Assembly: GCA_009602735.1 (NCBI GenBank)
Contig: WELA01001870.1
Location: forward strand, 48,202 to 112,201
Length of the DNA stretch: 64,000 nucleotides
Origin: Mesotaenium endlicherianum
Lineage: Eukaryota
Direction: 5' to 3'
Numbering within the stretch: position 1 is the first letter of the stretch; the number at the start of each line of letters is the position of its first letter. The position numbers and the translations under genes are program-made. This document shows, in pieces, positions 47,088 to 58,532 of this stretch. Below the pieces are notes generated by a model, which searched no databases, had not been told where the DNA came from, and saw only the letters and a list, made by a program, of their open reading frames with translations.

Positions 47088-48602
47088 TGTCGCGACTATT
47101 ATCCGTTTGACGGTGTCGCACGCGCAGCGTAAGCTACGGCCACCTAGTGCTGAAAGTCAACGTTGACTCACCGACCACTTGACTGATTACATCGCAGTCA
47201 GCGGTTATGGCGGCGTCAAGACCACTGGCAAGAGGTCAATGTCAGTGTGCCCCACACCCAGGGATGGGGGAGGTTTTGACAAGACAGCCGCGAGGCTAGG
47301 AGCTGGGGATCAGCAATGAGCCGCCCAGCAAGTACCAGGTCAGGTACTGTGTGACTGGCAGTCATGGCTGCAATGCCAAGATAGGTTACGGCCGCCCGGT
47401 TGGGAAAACTTGAGCAAGTGGCATTTGCTTGCACGCCGCTCAGGAATTCTTAGCCATGAGCCAATTAGGCGTGACTGCCAGCTGAGAAGCTGAGCAGCCA
47501 CGCGCGACAGTCACAGGGTGTGCATGCATGTTGAGTGACTACAAGTTTGAGTTGAGCATGGCTAGGCAGAAGCGACATGCAGCTGAGTTGTGTGACTAAG
47601 CACGGCATTCTCGAAAGATGACGCTGTGTGGTGCCTGCAAAAGGCACGAATCTTGCCTGAGACATGTCATTCACTCTCACGCACCTTTGCCAAGAGGCAG
47701 AAGGAAAGAGAAGAAGGACGCGAAGAGAAAGAAGGAGTTCCCAAGGCCATTGGAGGGCCAAAGTCCCACGCTTCTGACGACGCTGAAGATTCTTCTATGT
47801 ATCATAGATAAGTTAGGATTGTAGGAGTTCCCAAGAGGGAATCTCACGGTTGAAGAAGGAGAACTGCAGAATAGAATCTGCTAGGAGATTAGCGCAGAGT
47901 CAGCCAAACGCCACAAGTGTGTGTGTGAAGCAGCCTTAAAATGGTGAGTTGTGTGTTGATTTCCAAGTTCTCAGCAGTCGCATTCGCATCTCGAAGAGAG
48001 AGAGCAGTATTGACAGATAAAGCTCTCAGTGAAGAACTGAGTGAGCCCAGCCTGGCAGTGAAGAGCTGTTAAGGCGCGGTGTCAAGTGAAGAGCTTGACC
48101 CAGGCCAGCATAGACGTAGTTTCAGAGTTTTGTAAGCTGACTTGTGGAAGTTAAAAAGCCTGAAGGGCGATTTTCTCTGAATCTGACGTTGCAGGTCAAG
48201 TTGTTTAGAGTGTGATTTCTGCAAACTACAATTTGCTCACCTGTGAACCCAAGAACCTTAAGGCATAAAGCCTATGTGGAAGTAAGAGACTTCCGTTCTT
48301 GTAAGAGGAATTAAGGCAAGGCAAGTATCTTTAAATTTTCTGCTAAAGTCTTAGGATAAGCAGATGGTGAGAGCCGGGTGACTGAGAACGTCACCCTGAG
48401 TGTTGGTCAAGGCTGCATGGTGCAAGTTCAGGAACCCAGGGATGGGTTAACCCTGGTAAGGCTTGTCACCGACACACGTGCAAAGGTCGATCGACCATGT
48501 CTGCCACACGTGAGGAGGGCCACCGACACATCAACCAGGCCGAAGGCACACGTGCTGGAAGGCTACGCACGTGCCGAGGGACCGACACTGTTAGGCACGA
48601 CA
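47088..48602 (+). mobile_element. Solo-LTR-like element, family A copy 3 (1515 bp), 4-bp TSD CATT
   Basis: Termini TGTCGCGAC...GACACTGTTAGGCACGACA, with CATT at 47084-47087 and 48603-48606. No coding capacity recognised. Confidence 0.85.
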
Positions 48603-49151
48603 CATTTGCATATGTTTTACTAGTTACCACTAGTTACCACTAGTAAAAAGCAATCAAATACCAGATGATGACAAGTATTGGCGAAACATAAGTTAACAAT
48701 CACAGGCAAACCAGGCACCTACGCTGACCTATGGGGAGATAAGCAGCCTCTAGTCGGCATGACAGAGCGTCAACGGGGAGAAAAACCGGTCCGAAGTCTT
48801 TTGTTGTCGACGTTGTAACTGTTCGTAACCTTTTATGACGATTTGGATAGCCGACTGTACGTCGACCCGGACCTGTCAAAATGTTTATCTGCGGCATCAT
48901 GCGGCGATATTTCGAGTGCTCTTTGACGCTTGCGACACCCTGCGTGCTTTTTCTTAAATCGATGCTTGCGTTGCGACTTCTTGCAAATAATTTTAACACA
49001 ACGCTGCATGCTGCGACATCGATATGCATGTGATAAAAAAATGACCGGCAGACAAGTGTGGCATTTTCTTATCCGTCGCACTCTGGGCACAACTTGCAAA
49101 TTTTTGCGAATTTTTCCGATGAAATAAAAAAGTCGCAGCCACCTAGTTACC

Positions 49152-49757
49152 CATAGTCGTGAGTTGTGACTTGTGAGTTGTGACCAGTCGTGACTCGCGA
49201 GTCATGGATCTCTCGTGGATGACTGTTGTGGATTGTTGTGGATACTACAAATTTTCGAAGCATCCGCGTAACTTTGAAAGAGCCAGAGCTAGCGGGCCGA
49301 CAATAAGGAGCCAAAATTAAAACTCGAGCGTGGCTTGTAGTGCTTCACTAGCCTTTTTTAGCCAATAAGTATGTCATAATCTAACATTTAGTGAGAGAAA
49401 GCTATAGCCAAATCCAGTTTAGAGCTTGGGGAGGCGGGACATGCCAGTGGACCTGCCGACAAAAGCTCGACCAAGCAGGACAACGAATGCATTGTGCACC
49501 ACTACGCAGTGCGCAGTGTACAGTGCACACTGCACACATGCGCACAAGCACAAGGTGGGCAGGACCAGACACGGCTTGTGAGCAAGAATTGCTAAGAACC
49601 GGATTACGCGACAAATATTTATTGTTGAAGACAACAGCAGTAAGACCGACCACGGAGACATCCACTGGGACCTCGTTGGGAGGATAGTGCTTTTTGCTTT
49701 TCGGATAGTTTCCACTTTCGGTCGAATTTTTCCCACGAGTCACGACTCACGAGCATA
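49152..49757. mobile_element. Putative MITE with heptamer-repeat inverted termini
   Basis: Left catagtcgtgagttgtgacttgtgag versus reverse complement of the right end tatgctcgtgagtcgtgactcgtggg. No TSD found. Confidence 0.45.
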
Positions 49758-49901
49758 CCGAAACGTGATCGCCACCATGTAAGATTTGAGAGCTTACAGG
49801 GCACTGAAGAAGTGAAACGCACAGCAGGAAAATGATGAGAAAGAATACAGACGCGTGAGAAGAAGCTAGTGAAGCTTCAGCTGGGAATCTCTTAGGGCAA
49901 A

Positions 49902-52900
49902 ATGGCATGGGTACTGTACGCTTTGCTGGTACTTGGAGTGTTGTCGAACTTTTCCGGAGCTCTTTCAGCGGTGGAGTCCTCAGAACGCTCAGGCCAGCTC
50001 ACTTGAGCCTTCAAAAACTTAGTGGCGGCCAATTAATGAATATTGTGTTCGTGCAGTGAACCGGATGTTATGCACTTGTCGGTTTCAACGAATTGAGAGT
50101 TGCGTTCAAATGTGCCAAAACACAGGCCTTGTCTGAATCTTCATCACATTCACTTCGATACATCGGACCTGCTTAGCTTATTTTTTTGAGGGGCGGGCCT
50201 TGAGCGGGTGAGCAGGTTATCTCGTGAGACTGAGGTCTGCGCCATCTGTAGCACAAAGGGCGAAGTCGTCACCTTCCCTCTTCCCCAGGGTGGCTGGTAG
50301 CCCTCAGAAGATTAACTTTCACAGTCGAGCCAGCCTGTCACACGCTGCTGGCTTGACCCGAAGCCATGTCAGTACGCTGCTCAAAGCTGGCATAGCGGAG
50401 GGGAGGTTAATTTACAGGTACGGCAATTGATGGGGCGAGAGGAGTCCTTTGTCCAGCATCATCATCCTGTTAGCTTCCACTGTAGCCCACATGTGAACCT
50501 AGTTCTCAAGTCACTTTCCAGCTCCAAAACCTTCACTCTTACTCGTTATCTCAGCGGCAGATTTATGCAGGCACTAGATGCTGTCTTTCGGCCGAGTCAA
50601 GTTCTTGCATATTTCTGCTCAAGCGCATACGTACACCCCGCTCTGCTCTCCATCTGTAGTCTATACTGCTGCAGTTAGCAAGGCCCAAGCCTCTATGTAT
50701 GTCGTCTCTTGCGCACGTATCTTTGAATACCTCAGCTGCATCCATCTATGCCATGCATCATGCATGTCATAACCGGCTCCCCACAGAACAAACCCTACCT
50801 TGTATCCTACCTGAGCGGGCGTACCCTACGAATGAGTGGGTGCAGCTACACCGTCCTGGTCAACGGCTTCTCGGCTGCGCTCACGGAGGCCGAGGTCGAG
50901 GCTCTGCGGAGAGACCCCGCCGTCGGACACATCGAGAAGTCCCGCCTGCTTCGGCTCCACACCACCCACACGCCGGCATTCCTGAACCTGCCCAACACGC
51001 TGTGGAAGGCCAGCGGGGGAGACGCCAACGCGGGGGAGGGCCTGGTGATCGGCGTCATCGACACCGGCATCTCGATCGAGAGCCCCGCTTTCGCCGACAA
51101 CGTACGTGCGTGCGTGCATTGGCGTCGCTCCGAGATGCACATTGCGTGCGCGCGTGTGCGCTCGCACATGCCTGAATGCACCCTCCCCTCATACGCCGTA
51201 CCTGGCCGCCACCACATACACGCACATGCGCAGCAAGCCTGCGAGACTGTGCGTCACCATTGATTGAAAGTTGGCCACGTCCGCAACCCGGTCTCACCCT
51301 CCCGGCTTCTCACGCCCCCCTTGAGGCCAGTTTGCAAGTTCGCACTACTGGTGCGTAATAGGCTGGGGTCGAAGCTAGGGGGGATAGGAGTAAATGGTGG
51401 ACGTAGCAGTAGCATATGAACAGAGCGGAGCTGAGCGCGGCAGTCCTCAGCGTGTCTTCCCTGCGCTGACACTTGGAGCCATAGCATACGAGGTCTCCGA
51501 CTGTCGTTGTGCATCACTGCTCTCACTCTTGTCCCGGAAGACTCGTCAGGCTGACCTGCACTGTGGCCAGCAGGGGGTGTCCGCAGACGTGCGCGCTCTG
51601 CATGTACTCCGGCAGGCACCCTGGTATTGATCTAGATGCTACCACTACGTGCACGCGTGTGCCAGCCGGCTGCTGTGCTCGCCGTACGCATGTAGTGATG
51701 CATGCCCGCTGCATGGGGGCACTTGGTGCACGCTAGCTGGGGGCCGTGGTGGCTCCGACGCCAGCTGTGCCTGCCCGCTGTGCATATGCCAGCTGTCTTG
51801 CTCTGTAGCATGTGCACGCAGCCATGCCCATGCCCATCTGACAGCCCGCCGTGGCGTCCCCCCCCTCTCCCCTGCCACATGTCGCCGTGCAGACGAGCAA
51901 GCCGTACGGGGCGCCGCCCAAGTACTGGAGGGGCAAGTGCCAGGTCACCAAGGACTTCCCGAAGTGCAACAAGAAGGTGATAGGGGCCCGCTTCTTCTCT
52001 GGCGGCTTTGAGACTCAGTATGGAGCAATATCAACGGAGGACTACGTCTCTCCCAGAGACGCCAACGGCCATGGCACGCACGTGGCAAGGTATGTGCGCA
52101 TGCATCCCTTGGCCTGGCCTCCTTGTGGGCCCGCACGCTGGTTGAATACAGGGCCGCCCCCTGGCACCTGCTGCTCACTGTGAGGGCGTGGCATCGAGGG
52201 GGCCACCTGGCGGCCATGAGAGAGGGCGAGCATGAGAGGGAGAGGCAGAGGCAGAGGGGGAGGGATAGAGAGAGAGAGTGTGTGCGCAGACATGCATGCG
52301 GGGGTGGGCGTTGGTCTCCCCCCACTGGCTCTCCCAACTGGCTGCAGCTGAGACCCCGGGAGGAACAGCGAGCGGGGGGATGGCCAGGTGCCCACTCTTC
52401 CTTCTCCCTGTGAGAGTATGGTATCATAGGAGCGCGTGTAGGCAGAGAGCAGGCAGGCAGATTATTCAGCTGCGAAGTAGCGGATGCGGCCTGCTGGCAG
52501 CTGCTTATGCAGGTCCTCCGCTGTCACACTTTTCTCGGAAGCCCCCCCCCCAGACCCCCCCGCCACCCGGGCTCTGCCCTATACACTTCTTACGATCGCT
52601 TGCCTTGCCATCCATTGTTCTCCACTGCTGCCGTACGACCTGGCTCTTCAGGCTCTGCATGCATCCTCCAGCAAGGTGCCGCAACCCTACGCTGCCACAT
52701 GTCCCCTCCTCCGCGTGGGGCTTCTTTCGTCCTGCCTAAGTCACGGTCCCTGGGCAGCGGGACCTTGGGGCACCCCTCCGTGCCCCCGAAAGCTCTCGTT
52801 TGCTGACGGCTTTCTATCAAATACTGGTGTCTGCTGCTCTGGGTACCCTGCACTGGTTGCAGCACAGTGGCTGGCAACACCACAGGTGTCCCCTCTCTGA

Positions 52901-54006
52901 GTTTGAGGCAATCGACGTTTTTACTACTCCTTTTTCTGATATACATCACCCTAATCATGGCCCTGTCGTTGCAGCACTGTGGGCGGCAACCGCGGGTGCC
53001 ACACAGGAGGTTTACTAATAATACCGTATTTCGTACAATAAATATCGTATATCCTATTTGTATCCATAAACCGCTGCCGTGTCGGTCGTTGCAGCACGGC
53101 GGGCGGCAACCATGGATACCCTATCAACTTCCTGGGCGTGCCGATCGGGAAGGCGAGCGGGATGGCACCGCGCGCACGCCTGGCGGCCTACAAGGTCGCG
53201 TGGATGGCGGCAGGCTCCAGCGATGCGACAGCTGCCACCGACGACATCGTGGCCGCCCTGGACCAGGCGGTGGCCGACGGCGTCGACGTCATCAACTACT
53301 CGCTGGGGGGGGGGCCCCCGGACTTCTTTGCGGACGAGGCCATAAGCTTCCTGCTGGCTGCCGACGTGAGAGCATCCTCTGCTCCCGCAGTCCCCGCTGC
53401 CTGTCTGCCTGCCTGCCTGCCTGCCTGCCTGGTGTGTGCGCCACCTGTCGATTGCTCGCCGCAGCTCGTGACAGGGTCTGCCGGCAGGGAAGGCGAGGCG
53501 GCGGGGCGAGCGCGCATGCGAATGAGCAGTGGCCGGCGGCGAGATTCTGACCCCGTGCAGGCTCTGAAAGTCGGTGCTCGCTTCTTGCACCTGGGCAGCT
53601 GGCTGGCCTGGCCAGCTGGTTGCCAGTTGGCTCCTCCAGCGCTGTGCTCTGCTTCTTCTCTCCGAAGAGTTGGAAGGAGAATTCGGGAGATGGGGGGTGG
53701 ACGTTTGGCAAGCCTGTTGCTGCTGCGGGGGTGAGCTCGTTTGTGGGCGGGGCGGGCGGGTGCCTCTCGGGGTTTGCTGGTCACACCTGCCTTTCCAACC
53801 TGCTTGTGTGCTTTCTGAGATGGGGGGTGCTGCTTCTCTTGCGCAGGCGGGTGTGCTGGTCTCCTGCTCCGCCGGCAATTCTGGGCGCGAGCGCGACCAG
53901 CTCACCAGCGGCGCGCCGTGGGTTCTCACAGTTGCTGCCAGGTGAGATTGTCTATAGCTGAGAGGTTTATGTATATATTAAAAACCTCTTAACCTCTCAG
54001 CTAAAC

Positions 54007-54038
<32 letters not shown>

Positions 54039-54043
54039 GGGGN

Positions 54044-54088
<45 letters not shown>

Positions 54089-55720
54089 TAAGGGAGCGAG
54101 GGAGGTGCTTGGGAGAGGGCGAGGGTGAGGGTGCAAGAGGAGATGCCTGCAAAAGATAGTGTGTGAGGCGGGCTGCTGCACTCTCCGGTTTGCCTTCAAG
54201 AATGGGAGCGGCAGCTGCCGGCGGGGGGAGGTTCTGCTTCCCTTGGCGTGTGGCCGGGCCTTTCCGCGCTCTAGGGTCTCATCCGCTTCTCTCTCGGAGT
54301 ACTATGCACAGGCGCCACGCTCGATGGGGTTCTCTTTTTCGAGTGCTTGAGCTCGGGGGTGGGCCCGGGGGTGCGCTCTCCTACCCTAGCCGCATGGCCC
54401 TTGCTGGAGACCCCAAAGACCCCAAGTGCAAATTGTGTGACTGCTTTGCTCGGGCCCACAGCCCTCTGCAGCGTGCTGCGTGCTGAGCCCTGCTGGCATG
54501 GAGCCCCAAGTCCTCCCAAACTCTTCGACGGGAGGTTGCCTGATACCTAACACTCCCCCCTTCCCCCCCCGCCCCCCCCTGTGGGAAATGCTGCTGGGCT
54601 GGTCTGGGCTGCTGCGGTCTCTCTTTTGGGAGAATCACGGCAGCACCCACGACCGAGGCGATTACATCAACGGCGTGAAGCTGCAGACGGGGAAGGCGTA
54701 CTCTGGGGCGGGCTTCACCGTGGGCACCGGCGCCAAGCTGCTGCCTCTCATCTACGCCGGCGACGCCGCCCGAACCAGCGGCAGTGCAAGCGTGAGGCCT
54801 CTCGTCCTTGCTCGCCCTCCTCAGCTCGCAGAGCCCTCATCTGGAACCCTAAAAGTTATACCAAACCCCAACTGGAACCTGAAACTCTTACCTGGGAGCA
54901 AAAGCCCCGACCCTCAAGCCCGGCAACATCCCTCCTCTCTCATTTGAGGGCGTATGTGGCAGGTCGGAGATCTCACCTAGTCAGTTTCACATTGTTCAGT
55001 TGGGTTGGCGAAACTCTCACCTTCATCCCTTCTATCTAAGAGTAGCCGCAGTTGTGGCTGTATACCTCCCTCCCTGTGGGCCCCTGGCCCTTGGCAAAAG
55101 TTGGCCGCTGTACGAAGGGTGGGGTGACTGCTGCGTCGTTGCCCGACACACGTCTCCGTCATGTCACATGGGGAAATTGGCGGTCTTATGTCTCAAGCGC
55201 CTTAGTAGGTGTCATCTGCGCTACTTGCGGAACTATTCTTCCTCATGCCCCCGGCCTGCAGCTCAGGTGTCATCTCTCCGACTGTTTCTTTCTCCAATTT
55301 CAATTGACGCGCTCCTCTCCTTGTTCTCCCCTTGCCCTTTTTTCAACATGCAGGCAGCGAAGGCCGCGCTGTGCCTACGCAACACGCTCAACCCCTCCAA
55401 GGTCAAGGGCAAGATTGTCATCTGCGTGCACTCCCAGGCAGGCGGCGACGAAGAGAAGGGGGACGTCGTCCGCGCAGCTGGAGGCATCGGCATGGTGCTC
55501 GCTAACGATGCGGCGAGTGGGAAAGTCCTTGTGTACAATAACGTGTACAGCCTCCCTGCTGTGCACGTCACGTACGTCGACGGGCAGGCCATGATCAAGT
55601 ACGCCAGGACCAAGAGGTGCGCTCCCTTCACCTCCTTCTTTGTATGGTCAATGATCATGGTGTTCAATGTGCATTGAAGCGCATGAGTGCGTGCAGGCGT
55701 GTGTGCCTGTGCGTGTAATT

Positions 55721-55803
<83 letters not shown>

Positions 55804-55804
55804 N

Positions 55805-55841
<37 letters not shown>

Positions 55842-56045
55842 GGCCTTGCCACAGGGTAGCTGACTTTGGAATGAAGCAGCTGTGCCGTAGAAAGGAGAGG
55901 CGCACGCTCACAACTTTGCAACTTGTGGTGTTGTCTGTTTGGCTTCTTTGCTTGCTGTCCAGCTGCCAGCCCCGGGCAGCACACTACACCAACGCACGTG
56001 GAGAGGCTTAAGTCAAACGTCCGTGCACGCTTGTGCGCGCGTGTG

Positions 56046-56086
<41 letters not shown>

Positions 56087-56911
56087 AGCCCGCAAGGAAG
56101 TATCACTGGCGTGACGGCGCCCTTGGGACTCCGGGCGCCAGCTCTCGCCGATTTCTCCACCCGCGGGCCGCTCTCAAGCACGGCGGGCAACGTGTTGAAC
56201 TACGTGCTCAAGCCCGACGTGGCGGGCCCAGGCGTCGACATCTGGGCAGCCTGGCCGGGTGGTGAGGCAAACATGCTCTCTGGCACGTCCATGGCCGCCC
56301 CCCACCTGGCGGGCTTGGCCGCTCTGATCAAGCAGAAGCACCCTGACTGGAGCGTATTTGCCATCAAGTCCGCCATCTCCACCACCGCCTCCACGCTCGA
56401 CAACAAGAAGCTCCCCATCCGCGACGGCAGCGGGTTGGCGACGCCCTTTGGGGTCGGCTCTGGCCAAATCAACACTGCCGGCGTCTTGGACCCTGGCCTG
56501 GTGTACGACTCCTCCATCTTGGAGATGGTTCTTTTCCTCCTGGAAATTGATGAGGATAAGACCCTGGACTACTTCGACCTGCCAGCCGGCAAGAAGGCGA
56601 TCAAGCCATACGATCTGAACGTCCCCAACATCGCAGCCCCGGCTCTTGTCCGCACGCTCACCTTCAAGAGGGTGGTGAAGAGCGTGGCGACGAGCGTATC
56701 GACGTACAAAGCTGCCGTCGTTGCGCCGGCCGGTGTCAGCGTCAAGGTGGAGCCCTCCTCGTTCACAATAAGCCCTGGGAAGTATGTCACCTACAGAGTG
56801 ACGTTCACTGTGACGAGCGCGACTTCCACGTGGAGCTTTGGCAGCTTGACATGGACGGATGGCAAACACTCGGTGAGATCTGTGCTGGCAGCCCAACCTG
56901 TCCGAAAGTAG
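49902..56911 (+). CDS. Secreted plant-type subtilase (peptidase S8; signal peptide, I9 prodomain, PA domain, Fn3-like C-terminus), 9 exons
   Basis: Exons 49902-49992 (GC donor inferred), 50216-50417, 50846-51101, 51893-52089, 53095-53365, 53847-53941, 54644-54791, 55354-55616, 56089-56911. Signal MAWVLYALLVLGVLSNFSGALSA; I9 YLVRL..YSYTVLVNGFSAALT; maturation site LHTTHTP; triad IGVIDTG (D), HGTHVAS (H), SGTSMAAPH (S); oxyanion SAGNSG; PA VKGKIVIC..GGIGMVL; FGSLTWTDGKHSVRS. Confidence 0.93.
55721..55839 (+). repeat. Compound (GT)n(GA)n microsatellite in subtilase intron 8
   Basis: Direct reading; contains a single N. Confidence 0.95.
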
Positions 56912-57949
56912 GCCGTCGCGAGTTGGTTGCACGGGCACCTCAGAAGAGCAGTAATTTATTCTTGTGGGGTTTGGCATTTGACAACCTCTGGCCTTATCTG
57001 TGCATAGGAAAAATGTTAACGCATGACGCTCCTTCATGCTCTTGACAAGCGCTTGTCAAGAGTTGCAACTTCTGACCACAAGTAGCCTATTCTATGCACT
57101 TCACAATTACTTTCGCATTACAATTTTATATAATTTCGTTTTTGTGCAGTAAATTAGCCACGCCTCAGTGTTGTTCAAATGTCTATATATAAGCTGACCC
57201 GGATTCACCTGTCATTTGTGCACTGCTGTAAAATTTACAGCTTTGTACAACTTTAAACAAAGTCCAGTTCCAATGTGGGTGGGTATGCCAATATTTATTC
57301 TGAATTATATTTTGTCTATCGGATTGGTCACTGGTGTACGCCTTTTGATTGAGACACGTCCTAGTTTCCCCTCACCCTCACTGGAGCATTTACTATTTCC
57401 GACATTCAACGCTCATTTGATTCCTAACAGTATCTATTTGGAAAATCCTGTGAGTAATTATGCTGCAAATACTCACACGCTGGACCACAGATTTTAAGAT
57501 AAGTGCAAGATTTTCGGGAATATGTTTGGTTCCTGAGATCAAATTGTGCCCTTGCTTTTGCCCACAAGCCCAACACTTCAACAAGAATGACTAACCAAAA
57601 TTACAAAGAAAATAAAGAGTCATTGAGAAGAAAGGGCAGACTAACACCCCATCCATAACATGCCTAAATGTTCACTTGAAAGAGAAGCTGGACAACAAGA
57701 GAGGCAAGAGACGTTGACCAATAGTACATTGTAAAAGCATACGATATAATCAATTTATCAGCAAAGATCATAAAGCAAATAGTCAAAACAAATGTTATTC
57801 ACGAGTAATGAACTTTGGAAAGATTGCATCACTTCACATATGAACTTTGCATTTGAAGTCAAAAGCCGTCAATTCCTTTTGGCTCTGGACTCACCATAGC
57901 TGTGCATGTCAGAGCGAGTCTGTCATTTGTATTTAGTGTTTTTAAATGC

Positions 57950-58190
57950 TCTGGAGTCTCGAGTCTCGACTCCAGGACTCCAGACTCCAGGGATAACTTT
58001 TCTTGAATTCCGTTTCACGCTGCACATATCAGAGACTCGGGAGTCGGGAGTCGGGAGTCGGGAGTCGGGAGTCGGGACTCGAGGCCCCAGTGTTGAAACT
58101 TGAGAGTCGAGACTCGAGACTGGTCGAGACTCGAGACTAGAGACTCGGGAGTCGGGACTCGGGAGTCGGGACTCCGAAGACTCGAGCTAA
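57950..58190. repeat. GAGTCGG heptamer array with inverted GAGTCTCGAGTCTCGACTC arms (MITE-like)
   Basis: (gagtcgg)5 at 58041-58075. gagtctcgagtctcgactc near 57954-57972 is inverted relative to gagtcgagactcgagact near 58104-58121. Confidence 0.7.
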
Positions 58191-58532
58191 AAGCCTGCCA
58201 GGAGCTGCTTGTATTGGCTAAGTGCTTAGATTCTATTCCTTTTCGCGGTACAGACCTGAAGCAGAATCCAAGATTATGGTATGAGCTCTCGGGAATTCCG
58301 AATGGAAATCGACATGCGGCTTGTGGTATTTGCTATTTAAGCTGAGTCCTTCGACAAACCATCGCCAAGTACACTTCCAAGTGGCAAGCAAAGAGCTGCT
58401 TCAAGCATGCCCATTCGTCCTTTCGTCCACCTACCAACGTCCCCGGTTGTCGTACTGACGAGCAATTAGTCGACTACATTACCTCCAGCTCAATCGAGTG
58501 CCCTGTGCCCAATTGCCTGCGCCTCTTTCAAA

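Noticed and set aside
45433..48602. Single foldback element with 1.5-kb TIRs
   Set aside because: The outer flanks do not match each other, each arm has its own 4-bp TSD, and the arms are substantially diverged.
58034..58180. CRISPR-like array
   Set aside because: Contiguous 7-bp units without unique spacers, no cas genes, and a eukaryotic context.
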